Shown in pieces: positions 16,341-36,465 of a stretch of 64,000 nucleotides of DNA. The position numbers were made by a program, and so were the translations under genes. Each line of letters begins with the position of its first letter. Position 1 is the stretch's first letter. Under the pieces are notes generated by a model, which searched no databases, was not told where the DNA came from, and worked only from the letters and a program-made list of their open reading frames with translations. Source of the stretch: the human T2T-CHM13v2.0 reference genome, Homo sapiens; assembly GCF_009914755.1 (NCBI RefSeq), contig NC_060927.1, one strand, 5' to 3'.

Positions 16341-18384
16341 AAAAAGAAAGTAAAAAGACAATCTTCAGAATGGGAGAAAATATTTACAAATCATATATCT
16401 GTTAAGGGACTTTATATTCAGAATATATAAAGAATTCTTACAACTCAACAATAAAAAGACAAACAGCTCAATTTAAAAATCAACAAAGTATTTGAATATT
16501 CTCCAAACAAAACATACAAATGACCAATAAACATACAAAAATATGTCTAACATCATTAGTTTTGCATCACTAGTGAAACACAAATCAAAACCTCAATGAG
16601 TTACCACTTCACATCCACTAAACTAGTTATAATAAAGAAACAGACAGTGACAAGTATTGTTGAGGATATGGAGAAACTGGGACCCTTTTACATTGCTGGT
16701 GGGAATGTAAAATGGTGCAGCTGCTTTGGAACACAGTTGGCAGTTCCTCAAAAAGTCAAACATAGATTTACCTTATGACCGAGCAATTCCACTCCTACAT
16801 ATATCAGAAAATTGAAAGCAAATGATTCATGCAAAAACCTGTGTGTGCATGTTCATACCAACATTATTCATAATACCTAAAAAGTGGAAGCAACTGCTGA
16901 AACGGTAAGTGCCATGTCCCATTCTACAGTCCACACAATGGCATATTTTGCAGCCACAAAAAGCAACGAAATGCTGATATATGCTACACCATGAATGAAC
17001 CTTGAAAACATTATGCTAAGTGAAAAAAGACCACATATTATATGATCCCATTTGTCTGGAATGTTCAGAAAATGAAAATCCATAGAAAGAATATAGATTA
17101 GTTGTTGCCAGCAACTTGGGGTGGAAGGAGAAAGAATGGATAATGACTGCTGATGGATATGGGGTTTATCTTGGGTTGATGAAAAAGTTTTGAAATTAGA
17201 TAGTGGTGATGTTTGTACAAAAGTGTGAATATACTAAAAGCCACTGAATTGTGCACTTTAAATAGGTGAATTTGATAATATTCAAATTATTTCTCAGAAA
17301 ACAATCTATACATACACTCAACTGTGCCTCTATGAAGCAAATAGTTTCTGAAATAATTTTTTGAAGAGTAAAGGGCATGAGCTCTGGGCAGCCACAGCGC
17401 ACCTCCTTTGACTTCCTCTAGGCTGTACTCTTGATAGCTGAGGTTGCTGTTAAGCTATCTGAGCAAGGAGTAGTGAATATCTTATGAGAATAATGTTGGT
17501 TACCACACACAGCCTAGTGACCTGGCTCAGACATAGTGACAATAAATGCTTCCCCAAATCTAAATTTCCAAGACCACAGCCAGCCACTGCAAGTTTTGGC
17601 AAAACCTATCATGAAAGCCTATCAAAGGGAAAATGGGGTTTGTGATTGATCAAATTTCTTTTAAAGTATCTGAAATTCGTAGTTTTGAAGTAAGCAACTT
17701 TATGAGGGCTCTTAGCCTTTAGAGAGATGTTCCAATGCCACAAAAACATCCTACAGTAAGAGACAGCAGACTACTAATGCTCTATGAGGCTGAGGCGATT
17801 GGAGAAAATGAGCTTGAAGTCCTTCCAGAATATTGAGCATTTATCATAGTATTACCACTATTTAATTTCATAGGAAAAAAAATCCAAGGAACAATCCCTT
17901 TGTACCTTGACAGGTCCCTAGAAGAAACTTCTGTTACCACATTCAGACAATATCTACTTAGTGAATAAACAAACCACTTGGTTCCAAAGCTTGTCCATAT
18001 GACACATTTCACAATTGCTATATTTAATTCAAATTATTTGGAGTTAAAATACACTCCAGAGTGTTTATTTTTCTGTCTCTTTCCTAGAGGGTAAGAATAG
18101 TAAATGAGACAGCTGGTTGTATTCTCAGCTCTGGGGTTCTGGTAAGCATTTTATATGGCAGCAGGCAGGAGCCGGGGGTGTGTGGTTGGAGACAGTTTTT
18201 CAAAATGAAATGGTCTGTCCTCCCCCACAGCTCCCTGCCCTCTGCCACTGCAGGATTACAGTAATTCTGTATCCCAAGACTAGTTACTTTTAAAATGCCA
18301 CAGCAAAGTATCCCCAAAGGTTATGGTTCCCATTTGTTCATGTCACTTAATAGCTAAAAAACCTTGGGCAAATTCCTGAACCTA

Positions 18385-18726
<342 letters not shown>

Positions 18727-19136
18727 TTACAGGACCTTCTTCACAGTGTCAGTGTGAGGACAGTCAGTGAGTGCATGTGGAGTGGGACTGCTGGCACATT
18801 CCCCAGTGTGCCATGTGCATTGCTGTCTATGTGGCTGGCCCCCTGGAGCTGTGCAGCTGCCGTGGCCACAGAAGGGTCCAACCTAACAACACACATGGTA
18901 CCCAGCAGTTAAGAAGTGGTAGCTGTTATAATTATTGTTATTATAGTAGTCACTTTTTCTTGCAAGAAAGGTGGACTTCCCTGAGTGCCACAAAGAGGTT
19001 TGGGTTAATAACAGAAAGAAAATTAGCAAAATTGAGCTTTCTGGACCAGGCATTTCTCTGGGTGCTTTTATATGTGCTATTTAATTTACTCTTCATATCC
19101 CCAAAAGGATATTATTAACTCTTTTTGAGAGATTAG

Positions 19137-19454
<318 letters not shown>

Positions 19455-19583
19455 TAAGATACAGAGATTTTAAATGAGTAAAGTTATGTCACCATTAAAT
19501 ATTCAAGCCAGAAAGGATTGTGAGTCAGCTGGACTCCAAATCCATTACTGTTCCCACAATGGTGGGAATGTATGCTCACCCAG

Positions 19584-20497
19584 TGATGCAGGATTTTTCT
19601 CAGCCCCTCTGCTGGACTTGCGGAAGGGGCACCCCCTCTACTTGGCTGACCCCACTCAACCAACCCCTTGTGGGAGGGACCACATGAGTGAGCGAGTGTG
19701 GGTCCTGGCCAGATGCTCCAGGCACCAACACAGGAGCAAGCTCTATGTGAGGCCACAGCCTGACCAGGCGTGTCATCTCAAGGGGAACACGGCAGTGCCC
19801 AGGTGAGGGTGCCTGTGACCCCGAAGCCCAAGAGGGGGCATTACAGTGCTCCTTTAGTTTTGCCATCCATGGACGGGGGTGTGGTAGCTCAGTTAGCCCC
19901 TTGTCTCATTGTGTGGAGCAGCTGCCTTCCACTGGAGAGGGCAAAGGGCTGGTGTGATAGCCTTTCTGGGTACTGGCACTTGGTGGGTCCCGAGCTCTTA
20001 TCTGGCATCCAAGAAGAATGAGGTCAGGTGGACAATTGAAGGATGGTGAAGGTGGAGAATTTAATTGAGCGATGGAAACAGCTCTCAGCAGAGAAGGGAG
20101 CTGGAGAGGGGAAAGGAAGGGCAGGTTGTCTTGCCCGAAGTCAGGCTATCTCATCTCTACCAACTGAGTCTTAGGTCTTTATAGGCACAGGATGGGGAGT
20201 GCAGGCTGATTGGTTTGTGAGTATGCAAAAAAAGGTTAAAGCGAAGACATCACTCAAATGTAGGCACGACAGTGTAAAAAACCAATTAGGAAAGGGTAGG
20301 TATGTGTAAAATAGGTGAAGGATGCTGATCAATCAGAGGAAAGTATGCCAAAAAGAAAGACAAGTTCTCAATCCAGTCCAAGGATTTAACTTGTAACTTG
20401 GCTTTCAGTCCTTCAACTGTCTTTGGCTTGGAGGTGAGGTTTCACTGGGTACCTGCCCCTATCTGCCTGGGCATTTGGCTGCCTCCTGTCACTATCA
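19584..20497 (-). mobile_element. ERV1-class solo LTR (MER52/LTR27-28-like)
   Basis: TG...CA termini with 4-bp TSD CCAG (19580-19583 / 20498-20501); inserted in an older MLT1-like LTR extending to ~20970. Confidence 0.75.
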
Positions 20498-21607
20498 CCA
20501 GCATGTATTCCTCCTTCTTATGGAAACAGCACATCAATTTTCCATGATAGAGCCACCCCTCCCACATTCTCAATCCGTGTGATTTGGGTAAGGCTAGTCT
20601 CAGGCCTGGCAAGTTCATTCTATTTTATACAGTCACAGAGATGGTTCAGGGGTGAACACTTACCCAGTAAAACTCAGTCTCAGGACTTTTCTAAGAACTG
20701 TGGAAAGATGAAAACTACTCTTTCTGTTGAACTTGACACTATGAAGCCTGGGACTTCTGAGGTCCCTCCAAGGAGGAAGCCTGAATATGAAAGAAAGCAA
20801 AGAGATATGGAGAAACTGAGTCTGACAACAGTTTTTGAGCCTTGCCTAAATCCATCTTTGCCTAAAGCTAGATCTACCCTTTGACTTTTCAGTTACAGGA
20901 GCCAAAAAATTCCAGTATATTTTTTCTCAAGCGTGTTCGAAGTAATTCTTTTGTCATGTACAATTGAAAGAGGAGTTACAAAATTAATGCAGGCAGTTCT
21001 TAAATCCACATAACCACCAAGCATTGTCTACAGATGATCTGTTCACTATTGTTAATCCTGTGTGGTGGGAATACAGTGTTCATCTTATTAATCTTTAAAC
21101 TTTTCTGTACTTTTAACCTCATTAAGAAGATCAGAGAGGTAATGAAAACAGCACTGAAAAAAAACAGATCAGTTTCCAGCACAGAAAAGGAAAAAATACA
21201 AATTGTTCAGTCTCTCTCAGATCCAAAACCTAATACCTGGATGAGTATCTGGTGTAATTCTCACATTAACACCCTGTGCCACAGGTTTTTGTATTTGGGT
21301 TAAGCAAATAAGTAATGGTTAGTTTTGTATCGAATTGGCTAGGCTAGAGTAACCAGTTATTCAGTCAAACACTAACTTAGGTGTTGCCTTGAAGATATTT
21401 TTGTAGATGTCAATTACCTTAAAAAATATTATCTTCAATAACATGGGTGGACCACATCCAATCAGCTGAAAGGCCTTAGAAAATGGAGGTTTCCCTGAAG
21501 GAGAAGAAATTCTTCCTGTGGGCACCTCATCAGCTCCTGCCCAATTTCCCGGACTGTCGGCCCTACTGCATGAAATTTCAGATACACCCAACCAGACTTC
21601 ACAATCA

Positions 21608-22300
<693 letters not shown>

Positions 22301-23127
22301 TGCATCTCCTACTACTGGTTCTGTTTCTGTGGTAGAACCCTGACTGACACAATCTGCCATGCCCTGGATGTTTCTTGGGTATTCTCTGATCTCCAGAATG
22401 GGAAAAGCCTCCTGAATTCTTCCCTGGGAGTCAGGCCTGCCTGGCTTCCTTTTCTTTTTTTCCTCCTGGAGAGCTTCTATCTCAGAAATCTGGAAGGCCT
22501 CTATCTCTGAAGGGCACCATTTTCCTTCATCTGTCTAGCTCGTCATGCATTTGCTAGATATTAACAACTGTAATGAAGCCTAGCTTCTCCAATGATAGCT
22601 TTATTGCTAGCCTTACTCTTTGTTTTAGCCATAGGGAGCTATCTCTGTCCAATCCCAGAAATTTACCATATTCCCTCCCCTTTCTCCTTCTCAAGTCCCA
22701 CTTTCTCTTCACCACCTGTTAGACAGACTGAGAGCTGTCTCCCAATACCCATTCTCCCCTTGTTCCATGGCAGTAGCCAGCCCATGACTTTACAGGATAA
22801 AGACTAGATTTTTCAAACTCCTTTTCAGATAAGTGCAACTAGGTTATAGCCAAAGGAATAGAATAGATGCAATGTGTCCAACTTCCAGGTTGTGCATTAA
22901 CAGAAGGGCAGTCCCACCTCTCCCTTTTCTTTCATCTTCCAAATGGCCAAAATATAGACACAATGATGGGCCATACTGGATTTTGTGGGCCACAGCACCA
23001 CCCAAAAGGGAGTGGAGAAATAAGAGAGAGCAAGCTTCAGACCTATACTGCTACCTGGACTTCCATCTGGTTTATGATACTGATTTGTTTTTTTTGTTTT
23101 TTTTTTTTAATCTGCAGCAACGGCTAA

Positions 23128-23391
23128 TTTTTTTTTTTTTTTTTTTTTTTTTTTTGAGATGGAGTCTCGCGCTGTTGCCCAGGCTGGAGTGCAGTGGCGC
23201 AATCTTGGCTCGCTGCAACCTCTGCCTCCCAGGTTCAAGCGATTCTCCTGCCTCAGCCTCCTGAGTAGCTGGGATTACAAGTGCGTGCCACCACGCCCGG
23301 CTAATTTTTGGTCTCCAACTCTGACCTCATATCTGCCCGCTTCGGCCTCCCAAAATGCTGGGGTTACAGGCGTGAGCCACCGTGCCCAGCT
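23128..23391 (-). mobile_element. Alu with internal deletion
   Basis: Alu, reverse; middle A-linker region missing. Confidence 0.9.
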
Positions 23392-23750
23392 AACAGCCGG
23401 ATTTATATCCTAACCAACACACCAACTGGCCAAAAGAATAACCAGCTCCCCCAACCCGCTGTCTTCCCCAACCTAATTATTATATCGGATTGTCTTGTTA
23501 CCTGGCTGTTCCTCCTCCTTCCCACCCTTAAATATGGTTGACCCCCTCTCCCACTGGGTCTCTCCTTGAATCTGGTCTCTCTATGCTTTCTCCCTTAGAA
23601 ATCTCATCCACTCTCATGGAAAACGACTTAACATGCTTCTAATCCTAACTCATTTCTGAGCACCAGGTCTGCTTATTGGACTTCTCATTGATCAATTTCC
23701 AGTACCTCAAACTCTGCATGTTTAAAATAAAATTCACTTTCCTCTCTCTC

Positions 23751-23780
23751 ACACACACACACAAACACACACACACACAC
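23751..23780 (+). repeat. (CA)n microsatellite
   Basis: Read directly from sequence. Confidence 0.9.
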
Positions 23781-24911
23781 TCACCATGGGGGTAAGTAGG
23801 CAACCTGTTCTCGATTTCCTTATTTAGGTAAATGAAATAAATGACACCCCCATCCTGCCAAGAACCCAGGCTTAAAACTACAGCAGAGGCCACAAATTCA
23901 AATGCTTAGAGACCAGGCAAGAGGCAAGGGACAAGTGGTAACTGTGGGGAGCCAAAGAGCTGCTGACCAATCTTAAAAAAGCAGCCACAACTTACTGATT
24001 TCTGGCATGTAGGAATATTAGCCTAGTGCTGTCGGGTCTTCTGATCTTCCAAGAGAAGTAAAAAATCTAGATTTTATGTTTTATGTGATCTCTCTAGATT
24101 TTACAAACAAAACAAGAAGTCATCTTGAACTGGTCAATATGTAAATCAAAAATTTAAAAACATATCTCCTATTTCTAAATAAATATCATAAAATGACAAT
24201 GTAACTTGCAGCAAAAATAATTTGACAGATCTTTCTAGTATGTCTAAATCATTTCTTGGTTTTTGGAAGTTATGAATCTTTTGATACAGTTGTCACTAGA
24301 TTTTGCCCCTGTATGGAGTGATGATTTGACATAGGAAGCAACATCAAATTGTTCCAACAACTTCCTCATTAAATGGATAATCATTAAATGAATTAAGCAG
24401 AGAATTTCCTTAACATCAATGATACTGTTTTTAGTGTTGAATCCTCAGTTTCTTATTAATAGCAATTAAATTTAAACATTTTATAGACTATAATAAAGTC
24501 TAAGAACATACAGAACTGATTCAATATCTGTTATTGACTAAGTCACACAAATCACTTATTGAAATATCTTTTAACTTACTGGCTTATTCACTATGTTCTG
24601 TTCACTCTCAATTCACGGAGCTTCACAAACCAGGGGGCTTTATTTCAAGATTCAAAAAATTGAAAGGGCTTAAAAGTTTATTACATTTTTCACTTTTGTC
24701 ACCAAATACATTGATTTATTAGAAAAGCCAATAATTTTTCTCTTGGAATTGATACTTCACTTTTTTTTTCAAACAGGATACCTATTTTTTCTTATCCATA
24801 ATAACTTCCACTTGTTTCAAACTTCCCTTTGTTTACATATGTCCAACTGCTTTACAGTTTATTGAAATAATGTCAGCTCTAATAGCTAAAATATGTTTTC
24901 TTATAAAGCTA

Positions 24912-25220
<309 letters not shown>

Positions 25221-25346
25221 CTCTAAATACTGACATCTCCATTAAAATATCATTTATTAAGGCCCAAACTCTTTAAAATATATTTTTCAAACAGCCACTG
25301 CATTTGTTTCCATTACAGTGAACATACAGAACTTACTGACTTCCAC

Positions 25347-25389
25347 CACAGCGGGTATATAGCTCAGGGGTAGAGCATTTGAATGCAGA
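25347..25389 (+). pseudogene. 5'-half tRNA-Cys(GCA) retropseudogene
   Basis: GGGTATATAGCTCAGGGGTAGAGCATTTGAATGCAGA matches the tRNA-Cys 5' half; 20-bp TSD at 25327-25346 / 25386-25405. Confidence 0.85.
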
Positions 25390-26097
25390 ACTTACCGACT
25401 TCCACATTGCTTTTGCAGATCTAGCACTGCAGGCTTGTCCATCAAGGTTCAATTTGCATTACTTAATGTAGTTATTTCTGCTACTTGGTGTGTGGTAGTA
25501 AATATAGTTTATCAAGAAAAGCATGAGTTCCCTGACTTGTATTGGTTTATCCAAAATTAAATTTGATAATTTAGTGCCAAATTAAAACATCCACATTTTT
25601 CCTAAACTTTTGGCTGAAACTCCATACTCTCTCTAGAATTACATTAGCATTTTTTGTATAAAATCCAATGACAATTTTCTTATTTGGTACAATATTCCAA
25701 TTACATCTTTATGGAACTATATCTCAAATGTAATTCTTTCTTGTGTACTCATAATAAAGACAATACAGTGTACTAAATGTTTCCCAGTGTCATAAGATCA
25801 ACAAAAACCATTATATTCAAAAACCTTTAAATTTGCATTTTAATTATTAAAACACATTCACATAAAAAAATGAAGCTTCTTAGATGATGATTTTAAATAC
25901 ACCTCTTTGATTTACATATTTTTCAAAAAGCTGTTTTCTCATTTGGGTACATCTGGTTTTTAACAGGTGGGTCCAGAATACAATGGCGTGTTCATATCAA
26001 TATTAATCCTTTTGAAGTTCTAGTAAATGTGTGTGAAATGCTCAATTATACTTAACTATATAATAGTGCTAAAAATTCTGACAGTACCTTCTAAATC

Positions 26098-26401
26098 TTT
26101 TTTTTTTTTTTTTTTTTTTTTTTGAGACAGAGTCTCGCTCTGTTGCCCAGGCTGGAGTGCAGTGATGAGATCTCGGTTTACTGCAACCTCCACCCCCCAG
26201 GGTTCTAGCCATTCTCATGTCTCAGCCTCCTGAGTAGTTGGGACTACAGGCACGCACCACCATGCTCAGCTAATTTTTTATTTTTAGTAGAGGCGAGATT
26301 TCACCATGTTGGCCAGGCTGGTCTCGAACTCCTGGCCTCAAGTGATCTGCCCACCTTGGCTTCCCAAAGTGCTGGGATTTCATGAGCCACCAAGCTTGGC
26401 C
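26098..26401 (-). mobile_element. AluS
   Basis: Full Alu, reverse; TSD ctaaatcttttt. Confidence 0.95.
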
Positions 26402-26940
26402 CTAAATCTTTTTGATTGCTTTATCCTCACTCTGATAACCTTTTTGGGAGTTCTAAGTTTTCAAATACTTAATTTATGAAACTGATTATATTCTTTTAAG
26501 TTCTTTTCTCATCGATAATCACAATTTTTCTTCACTTGCACAAGCTTTAAGAGCATTCTGATGAATATATGTTTAACACTTTGATCTTTTAACAATAGAA
26601 CTTCTGAGCACTCAGTACCCAACATTTCTGTCACTAGCAATGTCAAATTTTTGGTTGAAAAAAATTATTTTTTCACTACAAAACTATAGATTTTATGTAA
26701 TAAAGTTTATCTTATAAATTATAAATTTTATTTTGTGCTGATTCTTAAACAGTATCAAAAGAAGTTCCAGGCGGGGATTCATTATTATTACAAATTTCTT
26801 GTTTATTCTTCTGCAGATATCAAGATTTACATTTATCATACTTAAAAGTATTGAAAATTCATCCAGATTTTTGTGGTCTCTTTCATTCTAGGTGGATGTT
26901 TCTAATATCCTATAATAAAATCTTAAATGTATAAATATAA

Positions 26941-27299
<359 letters not shown>

Positions 27300-28539
27300 A
27301 ATAAAAATATTTTAAACTAGTGATTCTCCTAAAGCAATCAGTGATTTAACACACGTAACTTGGCTGCAGTCCCTGCAGTGACACAGGCCAGATTGTGTCA
27401 TAATGTGGAAACAACAGGAGGCCTGTTATCAATGGTACTGACATCCTACAACTATTAGCACAAACCAATGAGTTTATATTAAAATTTCTATTAACTAATT
27501 GTAATATTTATTGTAATTACTATACTATTTACCCTCGAAATATTTCAACATTTTAACCATCAATATGGTGCAGGGTGCATAATGGCTAAATATCGGATCT
27601 AGTCTATATGCTGAACTTAGTCCAGGGGCTGCCAGTTTTAGCTTCAGGCCAAAACTCCAGAAGAGATCATCAGTGGGTCCTGGAAGTGAAGATGGGTTGC
27701 ATTTCAGACTCTGAATAAAGAGTCAATGTCTTCTTTTTCCCCTTTTTGGTGGGGGATGGATATCAAGTGATGTCACACCTAGACCACTTCACTGAAGTTA
27801 CCTGCCTGTTCCCAGTAGTCCTTTGAATTTTCCACCAGTGGGTTTGTATTCCAAAAAAGACTTCCTGTCCTGTCCAACTTTCTGAGCCAAGAATGTACAA
27901 AACCTGATTATCTGCTAGAAATGGGTGAGAATGGAAAAATCCAAATAGTTGACACCTAAATTAAAAGCAAAAAAGCATCTTGCCACATATGTACCCTCAA
28001 CTTCTACCTGTCCTGGTCAAGGTTTAGCTCCATGAAACCTTGCCTGATCCCACAAGGCGTGCCCACCTCCTCCCTGCTAAATGCTCACAGCATTAAGTCT
28101 GTTTCTCTTAGATGACATCATACCTACTGACTACAGATGCCTGAAAGTAAATTCCAACCCCCAGCCCCAGCATCCCTTGCCCTACCCGTTATCCCCCTTT
28201 CCCACACCGATCTTAGGCAATCACACCGCCATGCTTTGCCCACAACAGTCTCCTCAACCTGTTCCCTCATTCCTTCTCGCCAGAATCTATCAAGGCTCGG
28301 CACAAAGGTACTCTCCCAGGAGGCCTTCCTGAATTCTTCTGTGAGGCAGACTACTTCCCGAGCTGCCCCGGCCCTTCTCCGGCCAAGTCTCTCCAGAAAC
28401 TCATCCCATTCGTTCTCAGATGGAAGGGGACCCACACCCACGACAAGCCTCCGGGTTTGCTTAATGACTCAGACAGCGAGGGTGCTCGGTAAGCCCCACC
28501 AGCCCGCGCCCTACTCAGCAGGTAATGACGGAGACCTAC

Positions 28540-29642
<1,103 letters not shown>

Positions 29643-32093
29643 TGACCTGGTTGTGTGGAAATTTCCACTGAAATCACTGTGCTTTATTTGGAGCATCTTT
29701 GGTGGATGTTGCTCCGAGAACAAAGCCTCCGGTTGCCCTGTCCCAAAAATGGATCCGGGCCATGAATGAATAAGGCCTCAGTTAGGATAGCAGATTGAGT
29801 TACCCTCCCTTTTTCACCTCCAACGGGAGCAGATCACGGGTTGGTTTTTTTTCCCAGGAGATGCCCTTTGTATCCAGCTGCTAAAGGGAAGGGCTGTCAC
29901 TTTAGTATTTACAAATGATTTTGTACCTTTTATGTAGGCTGTCACAATAGGGGGAATAAAGGCTATTCTTTTGTGAAGTCTGCTGCTTTTCACAGACGGT
30001 GTATTAAAACAAGGAAAGATTAAATTTAGAGCTGTGCTGAATCAGAAATTGTGTGGAGTGAGTGTTGCCAGTGTAACTACAGCTGTCAACGAAAAAAAGT
30101 TTCATTAGGTTCCTAGGTTAGAGAGTGGGGAATAAAATGTTTGTGTCCTCACATTATTTTTCAAACTGTTGTTAAAGCATTCACATGGACACTTGGGTGC
30201 TTGGAATCCACTTTCATTTTTTTACGTAAAATAGTTTCATATAAATGCCCATGTGCTGCTTTTAATGGACGAATTTGTAAAGCTTTACCCCCTCAATTCC
30301 AGTGTAGCGAAGGGGCATGGCTCTGGAGGCAGGCAAGCCTAGGTCCCACCCTTTACATAGCACCTTAATAGCTATGTGACCTTGGCCTTGTAACTCAGTG
30401 TGGTAGACGGAACAAGGGAAATACGTGCAAGGTATAGCAGTGGCTCAGGAAGGGATTAACTCTGGGAGACATGATGTCTTATGGTGGTTTTGAAGGAGAA
30501 ATAGAAGTCTCCTTGAAGGGACGGAAAGGAATTCCAAATAAAAGGAGTATATAGTTTGCAAAGGCATTGGTGACAAGAGTGTAGCATGTTTGGATGGGAG
30601 GTTATTAGATGTAGTTGCTATTGATAGAACATAATTGTAGGTGGGGAACATTAGGAGATGAATAACAAGGGCCAGACATGAGAATGTCACTTTGGAAGAA
30701 AAGGAGAGGACTAGAGTTGGTTTAGAGGCTTTTCACATCAGAGGATGAACTGTGGTACTGAGCAAGAATGGATTTAGGGGCTACTAAGAAGCAGAGGAGA
30801 CAGGACTTGGATAAAGAGCTTTTGGGGTTTTGATGTTAAATTTGATTGTAACCAGGAGAGAGGACTTGGTGATTAGAAAGGGAGTTTTGAAAAAATTGTC
30901 TGCTCTTTGTTTCCCATCAAGATTCATTTCAGACAGGTTACTCTGAAATGGCGTTGCCTTCTCTTGGCCACTTTCTAATTTCTTAGTGTGGTGGGATGGT
31001 AGGTGGGAAGAGGACCATTCTCAAGAGAAGAAGAGTCCTGTGAATGCCCCCAGCTTTGGATGGAGTATCTGAACACTGATTCACCCACTGTTGTGTGGCC
31101 GTATGACTGTGTCCTACTTTGCCTGCATGTATAGTTAGAGGACTGTGACTCCAGTTCTGGCCAGAGGGCCAGGAATGCTGACTCAGTGCCTGCCTAGAAG
31201 TGTTTTTAAAGAACACAGTTTTGTCACTTAATACTGTCAGTCTCTCACAAGGTATTTCAACCTCAGAATCTTCCGTCTGTACAATAATTAATGTTTGTTA
31301 AGCCCTCTAAAGCCATTAATGTAGTGTAGGCAGCAGGTATTAGTGAAGACACTCAGTTTCAGAGGCAGAAAACCTGGAAGAGTTCCCACTCTACTCTTTA
31401 GTGACAGAGGTTTTGGGTGGGAGGTTTTCTAATGATACTTAATACTTAATAGTCATCTTTACAGTGATTCTTGTCACCTATGCAACCTATGTACCTGAGA
31501 AGATGTGAAAATCCTTAAACAAATGTTACTAGTAGGTTAAACATGCAACTCTCCTGCCCTTCCCCAATATGGTTTATTACACTGTTTTACCCTTAATTCA
31601 TAGAAAATACACTATTGAGCAATTCCAAATTACTTGACTCTAGAATAACAAGGTTTTGTGACTGAAACTCAAATGAAAAGTGGTTGCTCGTGTGTTTTAC
31701 AAGTCATGTTCTATTGTGACATTCTTTGTTCTTGAGTCTTAACTGTTAATGCTAATGGTTAAAAGCACAGTTTGGGACTCAAACTCACTTTAGCATTGGG
31801 GTTTGGTACAAATTATTTAGCTCTTCTAAGGCTCAGTTGTAAAATAAAGGTAATGCTCTGTGGTGTGAGGTGAGCTGGGGTGATGCCTGTAGGTCCTTGC
31901 ATTGTGCTCTGTGCAGAGGAAGTTACGCAGTACATGGTACTTATGTTTGGTACATGGTTTGGCTTCTCTGCTGAACAGAGAAAAGAGTCTGGTTGGAGTC
32001 CATTTTTAGAGAAAGGGGTCTGATTGGAGTCCATTTTTATTAATTTGCTTTTCAAAGTAACTCCCTGCTTCAATTCATTCTCTCCTACTCTAG

Positions 32094-32329
<236 letters not shown>

Positions 32330-33228
32330 GTAGGACTCTGGCTCTGTCTTTTCTCTGTAGAGTGTAGGCTTACCTAGCTTCACTTAGTTAAATTAATAGG
32401 CTTTGGCTTTATATGGAACTTAGAGAGTGACTTGGAAAATAGAGTGAAGAATGTTAAAGTGCTGTGTTGAATAGCCTTATTAAATGCTGAGTTCAGCACC
32501 AAGGCATACCATCATATTTGGAATTGTATTTGAATGCAGTACAAAACCTGTAATGAGAAGATAAGTCTATGCTATAGAGAGAATAAAAAACATGGAAAAA
32601 CTAGAATACTTTTTGAATACCTGAAATGATGACATTTCCATTGATAACATTCTTCAGAATATGTAATTTGTTTTTCAGCTGTATCTTTTTCATATCTATA
32701 GGTTACATATAGTGTCAAAAAATATGTAACAGTGTTTTATATCCTCTAACCAGTTACTTATGGGACTGGGGAGGATTCTGAATGTGTAGGTTGATACTGC
32801 ATTTGATTAACTCATTTAAAAAATATAGTTCAATTAAATTCCAAATCAGTTGGAAGTGTAGCTCATTTTAACATAATGGGAAGTAGAGGCTTATTCACAA
32901 CTAGATACAATTGTACAGGCTCCTTTTCCAGACTCTGGAAATTATTTGAATGTTATCCTTTTTTTATTAACTGATGAAGAGACGAACATTTCTTATCTCT
33001 AAAACCAGAATGAATCTGTTTATGGTGAATTTAAATGCAGCAGTCTGTTTAGACACCATGTGACTTCCTAAACAGAATAAGCTGTTGCCTGGCAGGCTGA
33101 ACAGAATGAATTGAATTATATACTAATCGTTGATATTTTGGGGTTCTAAATTAAACACAGCTAGGAAACTGAAACACATTGGTTTTATATAAGGGGTACC
33201 CAGTCAAATTTTGCGTATTCATTTTTAA

Positions 33229-33435
<207 letters not shown>

Positions 33436-33476
33436 TAATCTGATGTCTATAGTTGGAAAATTTGAATTTGCTATAA

Positions 33477-33809
<333 letters not shown>

Positions 33810-34120
33810 CAAACAGTATTTTCTTTTGTGCTGCAACCTCCTTGGCCTGCCAACCCTGCAGGAGCTCCATGCCCTGTGTTAGCGTGAGAGAGCACTTCTG
33901 GTAGAGCAGAGGTGGTGGGTGCTGGGGATGGGCTGGGCAAGGCAGGGGAGAGTGTCTGGAGTGCCCCTGAGGCCATGTAATGGAGGAGAAGGATCAGAGC
34001 TTGGAGGTCTTAGCACCCTTGGCCACCATTTCATTATTGCTTAAAAGGAAGTAATGGCTACTTCAGAGCTGTCATAAGGATTAAATAATCACTGTCACAA
34101 TGCCTGGCACATAGTAGTTA

Positions 34121-34600
<480 letters not shown>

Positions 34601-34756
34601 TTACTAGTAACAATTACTAGTCATCAAAATTAGCCATATTTAGCCTCTGTTTGCTGAAAAACATTAATTAGGAAATGATATTTACAGTCTCCTATCCAGT
34701 CATCTTTTCGCCTACACCAGCATGTTTTACAGGTCTTAAATTAGTATGGTGGATAA

Positions 34757-35088
<332 letters not shown>

Positions 35089-35155
35089 AAGAAATACATC
35101 TATTTAAACTTGTCAGTTTTAGATAAAAATTAGGATTCTAAAATACACACATGTG

Positions 35156-35445
35156 GCTGGGAGCGGTGGCTCATACTTGTATCCCAGCACTTTGGGAGGC
35201 CAAGGCAGGATGATTGCTTGAGGCCAGGAGTTCGTGACTAGCCTGGGTAACACAGTGAGAGAGACCCCATCTCTACAAAACAACAACAACAAATTAGCCA
35301 AGTGTGGTGATGCACCTGTAGTTCTAGCTACTAGGGAGGCTGAGGTGGGAGGATCACTTAAGCCCAGGAGTTTGAGGCTGCTAGTGCACCACTGCACTCC
35401 TGCCCGGGCAACAGAGCCTGTCTCTTAAAACAAAACAAAAAACAC
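35156..35445 (+). mobile_element. AluJ (intron 5)
   Basis: AluJ diagnostics. Confidence 0.9.
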
Positions 35446-35541
35446 TAAGAAAACAAAAAAAGTACAAGCACAAATTGGCTGTTTTCTCTTTGGTCTTCAC
35501 AATGTTTTGAATGTTTTCCTGCATTAAGAACTAATTGTTGT

Positions 35542-36465
<924 letters not shown>

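Noticed and set aside
25347-25389. Functional tRNA-Cys gene
   Set aside because: Only the 5' half is present; no T arm/B box or 3' acceptor strand
31981-32040. ~31-bp tandem duplication upstream of exon 3
   Set aside because: Two copies only, upstream of the polypyrimidine tract; probably neutral
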